Shown here piece by piece: positions 8,772-17,738 of a stretch of DNA of 64,000 nt. The position numbers and the translations under genes are program-made. The first letter of the stretch is position 1. The number at the start of each line of letters is the position of its first letter. The notes under the pieces were generated by a model. The model had not been told where the DNA came from, ran no database searches, and worked only from the letters and a program-made list of their open reading frames with translations. The stretch covers positions 13,715-77,714 of the forward strand of contig CAYUWG010000006.1 in the NCBI GenBank assembly GCA_964448285.1, given 5' to 3'. This stretch comes from an uncultured Chromatiales bacterium. Its GTDB lineage: Bacteria; Bacteroidota; Ignavibacteria; SZUA-365.

Positions 8772-10724
8772 TCAGTACACCGTTTTCGATCGCAACAAAC
8801 TGTCCAGTACATCAGCGCGCTGAAGCGCCGGAGTGTATCGCGATTGCCGGTAATAAGAAATCGCAAGGCGATGATCGCCGAGGCGTTCGGCGGTTTCGCC
8901 CGCTAGGAGAAATCCGTTCGCGCCCGGATCGCCGTGTCTGCCTGATTCGGCGTAAGCTTGCATCGCCTCGTAAGGCTTCGATGTCGCGAGCAAATCCCCA
9001 TACAAACGCCAGCGTAAACCATCCGTCGGGTCGCGTTCGAGTCCTCTTCGATATGCGACGATGGCGCGCGCGGTATCGTGTGTTTTCACTGCCGAAGCGA
9101 ACCAGAAATACGCAAGCGCTTCATCTGAGTAGTGATTTACCGCAAGTGCCGCGAGTGTCGTATCGTTTGGGCGCAGCATCATGAGATATCGCAAGTGTCG
9201 TGAAGTGTGACGCAGTTCATCGCTCCATGCCGACGTTGCCGAAGAGTGGTCACTGCTGGTTCGGTAGAGGTGTCCCATGAACCAATTCAGTGAAGGAATT
9301 GAGTAAGACTCTCTTCGCATTTCATGGAGCAATTCGAGGTCGCGTGCATCTGAGTGCATTACATGAACAGCCTTCAGGTTCCGGAAGTTTACTTCACGAA
9401 CCGGTGAGATCGAGAGCATGACGATGACACATGCAACGGAACATGCTGTGATAATCCGAGAGTGTCGCCGCAGTGCATCTCGTTGGAGACAGTAGTATTC
9501 TGACGCAATCAATCCGGCAAATAGAAACAGGAAGAGCGATGCATATGAACCGGGCGCAAGAGCATCGAACATCCCGAATACGACCATTGCAACGAATGAG
9601 CCACTGAGGCCGACGATCGGGATGCGATTCTCGGAAGTGGTCGCATGCCTCCGAAGGAGACTTCGCAACATCATCACGATGAGCATGCCGACACCGATGA
9701 AAAGAACTCCTCCGCCGATACCGAAATCCATGAACACGTGTAAAAACATCTGATGGGCATCCATCTGCCCATGCAATTCTGTCCCTGAAGCGGAGTAGTA
9801 TCGAGTCACCAGATGAGACATGGATGATAGACCGATGCCGGTCGTGGGAAAATCCTGAATCAATGTGACCGCAGTTCTCCAGATGTCGAGCCGTCCGGAA
9901 AGAACATTATTCAATGACACGCCGCTGTTTTTCCCCGCAAAGAGAAGGACGTCGAAAAATCGCGTGACACCGAAAATGAGAAGGACGGCACCTGCGGCGA
10001 TCAATCCGACGAACAAACGCTTCTGACCCCAGCGCCCGGAGAGCAGGAAAATCGTCGTAACACCGGCAAGGGAGGCAAGCAATCCCGCTCGCGATTGCGT
10101 GAGGAGCAAACCGAAAACGGGGACAACGAACATAGATGTAGTGATCCAAACCGACGAACGATCTCGCTTTCGAATCGCAGTGAGCAAGACCGCGACGGAC
10201 AGGGGGATGAAAAGCGCCAGCTCCCCGGCGAGTTCATTCCCATTCACTGAATTGAAGAAAGAACGAATGGGTGAGATCTCAGCGATTGCGAAACTGATTT
10301 CACTCACGACTGGAAATTTGTACGACGGTTGAAGACAGAGTATGCCTGCGAGCGAAACGATTGCACCGAGAATAGTAACGACACGATAGCCGGTGAAATC
10401 GATTTCTCGTTCACTGAGGTATAGCATCGTGAACACACCGACGACAAGAACATTAGCCTGAGCGACCGATGCAGTGCCTACCGAGACCGCGATGCTCATA
10501 GGTATGAAGAGAACAAGAAACACGAGAAGCGGGAAAGTGACAGGACTGCGAGGCAGGAGCGGTGATTTCTGCACAACGCGAAGACCGATCCACGATGCGA
10601 AGAGAAGTACCGACAAGATGAGCAGAGGTATCTCAGCGAAATGCAAGAATGGAATGAGTACTCCATCGATCCCAAGCGCGAGTGCACCAAACGATTCATG
10701 ACGAATGAAACGTTTTACTTTCAT
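8772..10724 (-). CDS. O-antigen ligase (Wzy_C) family polytopic membrane protein with C-terminal TPR-repeat domain
   Basis: 650 aa with many TM helices. Ligase-family signature region RLDIWRTAVTLIQDFPTTGIGL...HQMFLHVFMDFGIGGGVLF. C-terminal ~200 aa are TPR-like (AYFWFASAVK...AISYYRQS). Confidence 0.7.
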   Translation of the reverse strand: MKVKRFIRHESFGALALGIDGVLIPFLHFAEIPLLILSVLLFASWIGLRVVQKSPLLPRSPVTFPLLVFLVLFIPMSIAVSVGTASVAQANVLVVGVFTMLYLSEREIDFTGYRVVTILGAIVSLAGILCLQPSYKFPVVSEISFAIAEISPIRSFFNSVNGNELAGELALFIPLSVAVLLTAIRKRDRSSVWITTSMFVVPVFGLLLTQSRAGLLASLAGVTTIFLLSGRWGQKRLFVGLIAAGAVLLIFGVTRFFDVLLFAGKNSGVSLNNVLSGRLDIWRTAVTLIQDFPTTGIGLSSMSHLVTRYYSASGTELHGQMDAHQMFLHVFMDFGIGGGVLFIGVGMLIVMMLRSLLRRHATTSENRIPIVGLSGSFVAMVVFGMFDALAPGSYASLFLFLFAGLIASEYYCLQRDALRRHSRIITACSVACVIVMLSISPVREVNFRNLKAVHVMHSDARDLELLHEMRRESYSIPSLNWFMGHLYRTSSDHSSATSAWSDELRHTSRHLRYLMMLRPNDTTLAALAVNHYSDEALAYFWFASAVKTHDTARAIVAYRRGLERDPTDGLRWRLYGDLLATSKPYEAMQAYAESGRHGDPGANGFLLAGETAERLGDHRLAISYYRQSRYTPALQRADVLDSLLRSKTVY

Positions 10725-10926
10725 GCGATGCGGTTGCCAGGCTGTGTCATCGTTTCGAAACTTGCATCATGGAGATGAGAACGGGAAACGGTATTCAAGG
10801 CCTGAATCCGGCGAGCCAATTCATCGCGAAATTTCCCCGGAAGGATTTGATACATCCTATTGAGTTTGAAAGTCTTTTTCTTCACATTGTCGCGGCAATT
10901 CGTTTTCCTTTCACCAACTCAAAGGA

Positions 10927-11499
10927 TTGGCTATGAAGAAAATTTTGATCGCAGCATTGTCAGGCGGAATCACGGCATTTGTTTGGGGGTGGGTCTCATG
11001 GGGAATGCTTCCATGGCATAATTCCGTTATGCCGTCAATACCAAATGAAGACGCGACCATTTCCCATCTGCAGGAAGCTCTGCCGTCAACAGGCGTGTAC
11101 GCCTTCCCCGGTTATACAATGAGCATGTCAGACGCCGAGCAGGAGGCTGTCAATACGAAATACAAACGCGGTCCCTATGGTATGATCGTTTACTCCGCGT
11201 CGGGAGTGGATATGTGGGATCCGATGATCTTCATCCAGGGGTTGGTGCTTTCCGTAATCATGACGTGGATACTTGCCGTTCTTCTTTCGATGGCTGGTCC
11301 TCGGCTTGGCACCTACTCGTCGCGCGTGTTCTTTTCGGTACTGGTTGGCGTATTGATTGCCTTGAATGCGCACTTCTCGAACTGGATTTGGATGGGCTAT
11401 CCGACGGACTACACGATGGTGAATGCCGCGGATACGGTGCTTACCGTTCTGTTCGTCGGGTTGGTTATATCCGCCATCATGAAACCATCGAACGCGTAG
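10927..11499 (+). CDS. Hypothetical integral membrane protein
   Basis: 190-aa ORF with 4-5 hydrophobic helices, a Trp-rich N-terminus (VWGWVSWGMLPWHN) and an RBS-like GGA upstream. Confidence 0.5.
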   Translation: MAMKKILIAALSGGITAFVWGWVSWGMLPWHNSVMPSIPNEDATISHLQEALPSTGVYAFPGYTMSMSDAEQEAVNTKYKRGPYGMIVYSASGVDMWDPMIFIQGLVLSVIMTWILAVLLSMAGPRLGTYSSRVFFSVLVGVLIALNAHFSNWIWMGYPTDYTMVNAADTVLTVLFVGLVISAIMKPSNA

Positions 11500-12038
11500 A
11501 GCCTGTGATCGGTGAATCATACTTACACCTTTGTTTTGTGAAGAAACACGTCGTGATCGGGGCTTGACAAACAGACGGATGAGTGTGATCCAACCACCTT
11601 CATAATTCCTTCCAACTGACGAGCGAAATATTACTCCGGTTTGTGTACTCGCAAATGCGGAAAGGGTGTTTATTGTCGATTCCTGATTCTTCCTGCGCGA
11701 ATTTTCGTTCGTCCGGGCACCGGAATTTCTCAACGTCAGCCGGTTCCGGTTTTTGCCCATCTCCCGAATGATTACGAATTTCGTAGCGGCTCTAACAGCC
11801 AAGCGAACATTCGATGATGACCAGCGAGCAATACTTGACAACGAACGACGGCATACAGCCGTCCCGTCTCGTGTGTCTTCCCTTCAATCGCTGTCGCACG
11901 CGCTCCCGCAAGATCTCTCAGTTCCAGCATTACGTTACCGACGCACCCGTCTAAGGAGTGCGCGATCTCAGCATGAACCTTCGTTCGTGTGAACGAAGGC
12001 GTCCCCTTTTTCTGAATTCTAACACTGGAGTTTTTATC

Positions 12039-12959
12039 GTGAGCAAACGCGATTTTCTTGAAGTCACTGATTTTTCCACCGAAGAGATCAACGAGGTCTT
12101 CCAGCTTGCGCTGGACATGAAAGCGGATCGGCGTAAGTACGCCGAGGCGCTCAAAGGCGAAGCCCTCGCGCTCATTTTCGAAAAACCGTCGCTTCGTACG
12201 CGCACGACATTCGACATCGGTATCCAGCAGCTTGGCGGTTACTCGCTCTACCTCTCGCCGAACGAAATCAGTCTCGGCAAGCGCGAATCGGTTTACGACG
12301 TGGCGAAGAATCTCGAACGCATGGTGCAAGGGATCATGCTTCGCACGTTCGGGCACGATATCGTTGTGGACATGGCGAAGTATGCGAGCATCCCGATCAT
12401 CAACGGCCTGACGGACTTCGCGCATCCCTGCCAGGCGATGGCGGACTTCCTCACGCTGCATGAAGTGAAAGGCAGCCTCGAAGGTTTGAAGCTTACCTAC
12501 GTGGGTGACGGCAACAACGTCGCGCATTCGCTCATGGCTGCCGGTGCAAGGCTCGGTGTACACGTCACCGTTGCGTGTCCGAAGGGGTTCGAGCCGCAGG
12601 AGAACACCGTCAACGCAGCACGCGATGCCGCGAAAGAAACCGGCGCTCGCATCGAGGTGGTGAACGATCCGGTCGAGGGAGTGAAAGACGCCGACGCGGT
12701 TTACACGGACGTCTGGGCTTCGATGGGTCAGGAAGCGGAAGCAGAAGAGCGCAAGAATATCTTTCGTCCATATCAGGTGAATGAAGAGCTGATGTCGAAC
12801 GCGAAGAGCGATGCAATCTTCATGCACTGCCTGCCCGCGCATCGCGGCGATGAAGTCACCGATGGGGTTATCGACGCTGCGTACTCCGTCGTCTTCCAGG
12901 AAGCGGAGAACCGCCTCCACGTGCAAAAGGCCATCCTCTACAAATTGATGAAGCAATAA
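12039..12959 (+). CDS. argF: Ornithine carbamoyltransferase
   Basis: Motifs SLRTRTTF (STRTR), HPCQ, DVWASMG and FMHCLPAHRGDEV (HCLP). Probable GTG start at 12039 (VSKRDFLEV...) preceded by GGAG; the track's upstream ATG at 11958 adds a non-homologous extension. Confidence 0.85.
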   Translation: MSKRDFLEVTDFSTEEINEVFQLALDMKADRRKYAEALKGEALALIFEKPSLRTRTTFDIGIQQLGGYSLYLSPNEISLGKRESVYDVAKNLERMVQGIMLRTFGHDIVVDMAKYASIPIINGLTDFAHPCQAMADFLTLHEVKGSLEGLKLTYVGDGNNVAHSLMAAGARLGVHVTVACPKGFEPQENTVNAARDAAKETGARIEVVNDPVEGVKDADAVYTDVWASMGQEAEAEERKNIFRPYQVNEELMSNAKSDAIFMHCLPAHRGDEVTDGVIDAAYSVVFQEAENRLHVQKAILYKLMKQ

Positions 12960-12962
12960 TCC

Positions 12963-13901
12963 ATGTCGAAAACCGCGCTCATAGCGATCGGAGGAAACTC
13001 ACTCATCCAGGCGGGCGAGCGCGGGACTATTGAAGAACAGCTTCTCAACGCGCACGCAACGGCGCGCGCTATCGTTCACATGGTGAAGGACGGCTGGCGA
13101 ATCGTAATCACGCATGGCAATGGACCGCAAGTCGGTGCCGCCCTGTTGAGAAGTGAACGAGCCGCCGGCGAGGTTTACACCCATCCGCTCGACGTTTGCG
13201 TTGCGACGACGCAGAGCGAGATCGGCTATCTCCTGCAACGTGCCATGGAGTATGAGCTCAGGCAGTTAGGTCTCACGACTCCCGTCATCACTGTCCTGAC
13301 GCAGGTGAGGGTCGATCCGCGCGACCCGGCATTCGAGAATCCGACGAAACCGGTCGGCCCGTTTTACACGAAGCGCGTTGCCGAAGAAAAGAAGCGGACG
13401 TTGGGCTGGCACATCATCGAGGACTCCTCGCGCGGCTGGCGACGGGTTGTGCCTTCACCGGAACCGGTGGAAGTCTTCGAGCTGGACATCATCCGCACGA
13501 TGATGGAGCAGGGGATGATCGTCATCGCGTGCGGCGGCGGCGGCATCCCGGTGATCGAACACGAGGACCATCGCGTCGAAGGAGCGGAAGCGGTTATCGA
13601 CAAAGATCGCGCGTCAGCGTTACTCGCCGCAGGACTTAACGTCGATCTCTTCATCATCTCGACCGCGACGCCTCAGGTCTATGTCGATTTTAAATCGCGG
13701 ACGCAGCGCGGTTTGGGCGACGTCTCCGCTGACGAATTGCAACGGTATCTCGATGAAGGGCAATTCCCGGAAGGCAGCATGGGTCCGAAGGTGGAATCGG
13801 CGCTGGATTTCATCCGAAAGGGCGGCCGGCATGTGATCATTACATCGTATGAGTTTCTCATGGATGCGTTGAAAGGAAAGGCGGGGACGCATGTGCGATA
13901 G
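12963..13901 (+). CDS. arcC: Carbamate kinase
   Basis: N-terminus MSKTALIAIGGNSL...VITHGNGPQVG and the glycine-rich IACGGGGIPV are canonical carbamate kinase features. 312 aa. Confidence 0.88.
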   Translation: MSKTALIAIGGNSLIQAGERGTIEEQLLNAHATARAIVHMVKDGWRIVITHGNGPQVGAALLRSERAAGEVYTHPLDVCVATTQSEIGYLLQRAMEYELRQLGLTTPVITVLTQVRVDPRDPAFENPTKPVGPFYTKRVAEEKKRTLGWHIIEDSSRGWRRVVPSPEPVEVFELDIIRTMMEQGMIVIACGGGGIPVIEHEDHRVEGAEAVIDKDRASALLAAGLNVDLFIISTATPQVYVDFKSRTQRGLGDVSADELQRYLDEGQFPEGSMGPKVESALDFIRKGGRHVIITSYEFLMDALKGKAGTHVR

Positions 13902-14069
13902 AAAGGCCAGTGCGCGGCGCAGCAGTTCCGATAGTCCTGTTGGGCGCAATGAATCAAACCGAAGAATGAAAACTCATGTGCGGGAAACCATCGCGACTCA
14001 AACGAATCTCAATCGACAACCATCGACTATTCACAATTCACAAAACGCTCAACGCTATCCGGTGGTAAC

Positions 14070-14987
14070 ATGAAACTTCAACACATCGTCGAGTCGCAGC
14101 AATTCACGGTTCCGTTTCTCATGGAGTTGTTCGAACGCATCGAACGCATGAAGCGCATCGATCAGCGGGGAGGAACACGGGACTACAACAACCGGATCAT
14201 GACGACGCTCTTCTCGCGGCCTTCGACGCGCACGCGATTTTCGTTCGAAGCCGCGATGTACCGTCTCGGCGGAAGCGTTCTTTCGACGGAATCGGCGCAA
14301 GCGTTTTCCTCTGAGATCGAAGGAAGCCAGTTGGAGGATACGATTCGCATCATCGGAGCGTATTGCGACGTGATCGTCCTTCGTCACCACGAAGAAGGGG
14401 GAGCGAAACGCGCCGCCGCCGTGTCGAGCGTGCCGATCATCAATGCAGGCGACGGCGCAGGCGGGCAGCATCCGACGCTGGCGCTCACGGATCTCTATAC
14501 GATTTACAACGAGTGCAAAACGCTCGACGGTTTGAGCGTTGCACTCATCGGCGCACTGGATACCGGCAGGACGGCTCGCTCGCTCGCGTATCTTCTCAGC
14601 AAGTTCGAGCGCACGAAACTCTACTTCATCGCGCCGGAGGAAATGCAGATCAAACCGGATATCCTCGCCTATCTCGATCAGCACGACGTTGCCTATGAGT
14701 GCACGACGAACACGCGCGGCATCATCAATCACGTGGACGTCGTGTATCAGACGAGGATCGACCGCGAACGGCTGCGTAATCGCGAGATGGATTTGAGCGC
14801 ATACAACATCGACAGTGCCGTTCTCCACGAGATGAAGAAGAACGCGATCGTCATGCACCCGCTCCCGCGTTCCGTCGAGATCGATGCATCGGTCGATTCC
14901 GATCCAAGGGCGGCGTACTTCAGGCAAGCACGAAACGGATTGTTCGTCCGCATGGCGTTGCTCACGATGCTTTTCGACAATGAATAA
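14070..14987 (+). CDS. Aspartate/ornithine carbamoyltransferase superfamily protein, PyrB-like (aspartate carbamoyltransferase catalytic-chain-like)
   Basis: STRTRFSFE, QHPTLALTDL (the ATCase motif is HPTQALLD) and HPLPR motifs. 305 aa. No pyrI-like gene follows. Confidence 0.75.
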   Translation: MKLQHIVESQQFTVPFLMELFERIERMKRIDQRGGTRDYNNRIMTTLFSRPSTRTRFSFEAAMYRLGGSVLSTESAQAFSSEIEGSQLEDTIRIIGAYCDVIVLRHHEEGGAKRAAAVSSVPIINAGDGAGGQHPTLALTDLYTIYNECKTLDGLSVALIGALDTGRTARSLAYLLSKFERTKLYFIAPEEMQIKPDILAYLDQHDVAYECTTNTRGIINHVDVVYQTRIDRERLRNREMDLSAYNIDSAVLHEMKKNAIVMHPLPRSVEIDASVDSDPRAAYFRQARNGLFVRMALLTMLFDNE

Positions 14988-15011
14988 CAGACAATTCAAA
15001 CCAAGGACTTT

Positions 15012-16214
15012 ATGAAAACACAAGACTATATCGCGCTCGAAGAGCAGTACGGCGCACATAACTATCATCCGCTTGACGTCGTCATCGCGAGCGCGTCTGG
15101 TGCATGGGTGACGGACGTCGATGGGAACAAGTATCTCGACTGTCTCGCCGCTTACTCGGCGGTGAATCAGGGGCACTGCCATCCGAAGATCCTGGAAGCA
15201 TTTATCGCGCAAGCGAAACGCGTCACGCTGACGAGCCGCGCATTCCGCAACGATCAGTTGCCCCTTCTCTACAAAAAACTGCACGACCTCACCGGTTACG
15301 AATTCTCACTCCCCATGAACTCCGGCGCTGAAGCCGTGGAAACCGCGATCAAGTGCGCTCGCAAGTGGGGCTACAAGGTGAAGGGCATCGCGCATGACAA
15401 GGCTGAGATAGTCTGTGCGACCGATAACTTCCACGGACGCACGACAACCATCGTCAGCTTTTCAACCGAGCCGCAATACCGCGACGGTTTCGGGCCGATG
15501 ACGCCGGGCTTTCCAATAGCGAAGTACGGCGACATCGACGACATGAAATCGAAGATCAACGAGAACACCGCCGCTATTCTCATCGAGCCGATTCAGGGCG
15601 AGAGCGGCATCGTCGTTCCACCGGAAGGCTACCTGAAGCAGATCGCACAGCTTTGCAAGGATCAGAATATTCTCTTCATCTGCGATGAAGTGCAGTCCGG
15701 TTTGGGACGCAGCGGTAAGCTCTTCGCGTTCGAGTACGAAGGCGTTCGCCCGGACATGGTCATCATCGGGAAGGCGTTGTCGGGTGGCTTTTATCCGGTC
15801 TCTGCAGTGCTTTCGAGCAAGGCAATTCTCGGCGTGTTCAAACCCGGAGATCACGGTTCGACGTTCGGCGGTAACCCGCTCGCGGCCGCGGTCGCATGTG
15901 CATCGCTCGACGTCATCGTGGAAGAAAAACTGATCGAGCGTTCCTTCGAACTTGGGAATTACTTCATGGAGAAACTGCGCACGATCCGGGACCCGCACGT
16001 CGTCGAAGTTCGCGGGCGAGGATTGTGGATCGGTTTCGTTCTCGATACGAAAGCGCGTCCCTATTGCGAAGCGCTCATGAAGGAAGGAATCCTCTGCAAG
16101 GAAACGCACGACAACATCATCCGCTTCGCACCGCCGTTGGTGATCACGAAGGAAGAAATCGACTGGGCATTCGAACGCATCGCGCGCGTCGTTACGAACA
16201 TGAGTTTACAATAG
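15012..16214 (+). CDS. rocD: Ornithine aminotransferase (class-III PLP aminotransferase)
   Basis: DEVQSGLGRSGKLFAFEYEGVRPDMVIIGKALSGGFYPVSAV closely matches the OAT signature around the PLP lysine. 400 aa. Confidence 0.8.
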   Translation: MKTQDYIALEEQYGAHNYHPLDVVIASASGAWVTDVDGNKYLDCLAAYSAVNQGHCHPKILEAFIAQAKRVTLTSRAFRNDQLPLLYKKLHDLTGYEFSLPMNSGAEAVETAIKCARKWGYKVKGIAHDKAEIVCATDNFHGRTTTIVSFSTEPQYRDGFGPMTPGFPIAKYGDIDDMKSKINENTAAILIEPIQGESGIVVPPEGYLKQIAQLCKDQNILFICDEVQSGLGRSGKLFAFEYEGVRPDMVIIGKALSGGFYPVSAVLSSKAILGVFKPGDHGSTFGGNPLAAAVACASLDVIVEEKLIERSFELGNYFMEKLRTIRDPHVVEVRGRGLWIGFVLDTKARPYCEALMKEGILCKETHDNIIRFAPPLVITKEEIDWAFERIARVVTNMSLQ

Positions 16215-16233
16215 AATCATATCAGGAGTCTTT

Positions 16234-17559
16234 ATGGCAGAACAGAATCGCATCAACACCATCATCGTCGGAGCCGCAGGACGCGACTTCCACAATTTCA
16301 ACATGCTCTATCGCGACAACGAGCGTTACAACGTCGTCGCGTTCACGGCGAACCAGATCCCGAACATCGACGGAAGGAAATACCCCGCGTCGCTTGCGGG
16401 AAAGCTCTATCCCAAAGGCATTCCCATCCATAAGGAAGCGGAACTCGATGCGCTCATCGCAAAGCACGACGTTGAGGAGGTCGTCTTTTCGTACAGCGAC
16501 GTGGACTACGAGCACGTGATGCGCATCGGTGCCCGCGTGAATGCCGCTGGGGCGCATTTCAAAATGCTCGGCTCGACAAGGACCATGTTGAAAAGTTCGA
16601 AGCCGGTGATCGCCGTGTGTGCCGTTCGTACCGGTTGCGGGAAGAGCCAGACCACGAGGCGCGTCGCGAAACTTCTGCAGGAGATGGGAAAGAAAGTCGT
16701 TGCCGTGCGTCACCCGATGCCATACGGCGATCTCGCGAAGCAGGCGGTGCAGCGATTCGCTTCCGTTACAGATATGAAGAAGCACAAGTGCACCATCGAA
16801 GAAATGGAGGAATACGAACCGCACGTCGTGAGCGGAACCGTGATCTATGCCGGCGTGGATTACGAACGCATTCTTCGCGAAGCGGAGAAGGAAGCGGACG
16901 TGATCCTGTGGGACGGAGGCAACAACGACCTGCCGTTCTTCAAGCCGGACGTGCACATCGTCGTCACCGATCCTCACCGCGCAGGCGACGAACTGTACTA
17001 CTATCCCGGCGAAGCGAACCTGCGCATGGCCGACGTGGTTGTGATCAACAAGATCGACACGGCCGGACCTGAAGAGATTCACATTCTGCGGGACAACATC
17101 CGCTTCGCGAATCCGAAGGCCGTCGTCATCGATGCGGCCTCACCGATTCTCGTGAAGAACGCGGAGAAGATCGCCGGGAAGCGCGCACTGGTCGTTGAAG
17201 ACGGTCCGACGCTGACGCATGGCGAAATGAAATTCGGAGCGGGTGTGATCGCCGCACAAAAATTCGGCGCGAGCGAACTCGTCGATCCCCGCGCGTACGC
17301 AGTCGGCACGATCAAAGACACGTTCGCGAAGTATCCCGATATCGGCACGCTCCTCCCTGCGATGGGTTATGGCGACAAGCAGATCAAGGATCTCGAAAGC
17401 ACGATCAACAAAACGCCGTGCGACGTTGTCGTAATCGGAACGCCGATCGATCTTTCCCGCATCATTGAAATGAAAAAACCTGCCGTGCGCGTGACGTACG
17501 AACTTCAAGAGATCGGTGAGCCAAGCTTGAGGACGGTGTTAGGGAAGATGCAGAAATAG
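16234..17559 (+). CDS. P-loop NTPase of the COG2403 / cyclic-2,3-diphosphoglycerate-synthetase-like family (tentative)
   Basis: 441 aa. N-terminal Rossmann-like segment, then Walker A AVRTGCGKSQTT and Walker B-like ADVILWDGG. Its last ~20 codons are duplicated at 31979-32042. Confidence 0.55.
   Translation: MAEQNRINTIIVGAAGRDFHNFNMLYRDNERYNVVAFTANQIPNIDGRKYPASLAGKLYPKGIPIHKEAELDALIAKHDVEEVVFSYSDVDYEHVMRIGARVNAAGAHFKMLGSTRTMLKSSKPVIAVCAVRTGCGKSQTTRRVAKLLQEMGKKVVAVRHPMPYGDLAKQAVQRFASVTDMKKHKCTIEEMEEYEPHVVSGTVIYAGVDYERILREAEKEADVILWDGGNNDLPFFKPDVHIVVTDPHRAGDELYYYPGEANLRMADVVVINKIDTAGPEEIHILRDNIRFANPKAVVIDAASPILVKNAEKIAGKRALVVEDGPTLTHGEMKFGAGVIAAQKFGASELVDPRAYAVGTIKDTFAKYPDIGTLLPAMGYGDKQIKDLESTINKTPCDVVVIGTPIDLSRIIEMKKPAVRVTYELQEIGEPSLRTVLGKMQK
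17485..17548. repeat. Left copy of ~64-bp imperfect direct repeat (3' end of COG2403 gene); attL-like
   Basis: GTGCGCGTGACGTACGAACTTCA[A]GAGATCGGTGAGCCAAGCTTGAGGACGGTGTT[A]GGGAAGA recurs at 31979-32042 with 3-4 mismatches. Confidence 0.8.
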
Positions 17560-17678
17560 AGCGAGACCGAGGGTAACACTTTAGATTGGTATGCGAATGA
17601 CTTAAATCTAACTCTTTTCTGCGATTTTAAGATAAGACATCTCATTTCAAGACTTATTCAAGAAAAATAGAATGAGCC

Positions 17679-17708
17679 TTGACATTGACTCCGTCGATTT
17701 TCTATATT
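17679..17708 (+). promoter_or_regulatory. Candidate sigma70-like promoter (TTGACA-N18-TATATT) upstream of the first island gene
   Basis: TTGACA at 17679-17684, TATATT at 17703-17708, GGAG RBS at 17727-17730, ATG at 17739. Sits in AT-rich intergenic DNA. Confidence 0.35.
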
Positions 17709-17738
17709 TGTAATAGGTAATGGAAAACGGAGCTAAAC

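Noticed and set aside
11500-12038. 540-bp intergenic region upstream of argF containing a TTGACA hexamer
   Set aside because: No convincing -10 partner or operator palindrome identified by eye. Host promoter consensus is uncertain (possibly Bacteroidota-type). Left unannotated.
11772-12956. 394-aa minus-strand ORF
   Set aside because: Entirely antisense to the ornithine carbamoyltransferase gene, which has all catalytic motifs. No homology features. A typical GC-rich shadow ORF.
14055-15284. 409-aa minus-strand ORF
   Set aside because: Antisense to the PyrB-like and ornithine aminotransferase genes. Arg-rich, low-complexity translation.
16222-17082. 286-aa minus-strand ORF and Arg-rich plus ORFs 15896..16519 / 16617..17072
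   Set aside because: Shadow or alternative-frame ORFs inside rocD and the COG2403 gene. RRRR/SRSR low-complexity translations.
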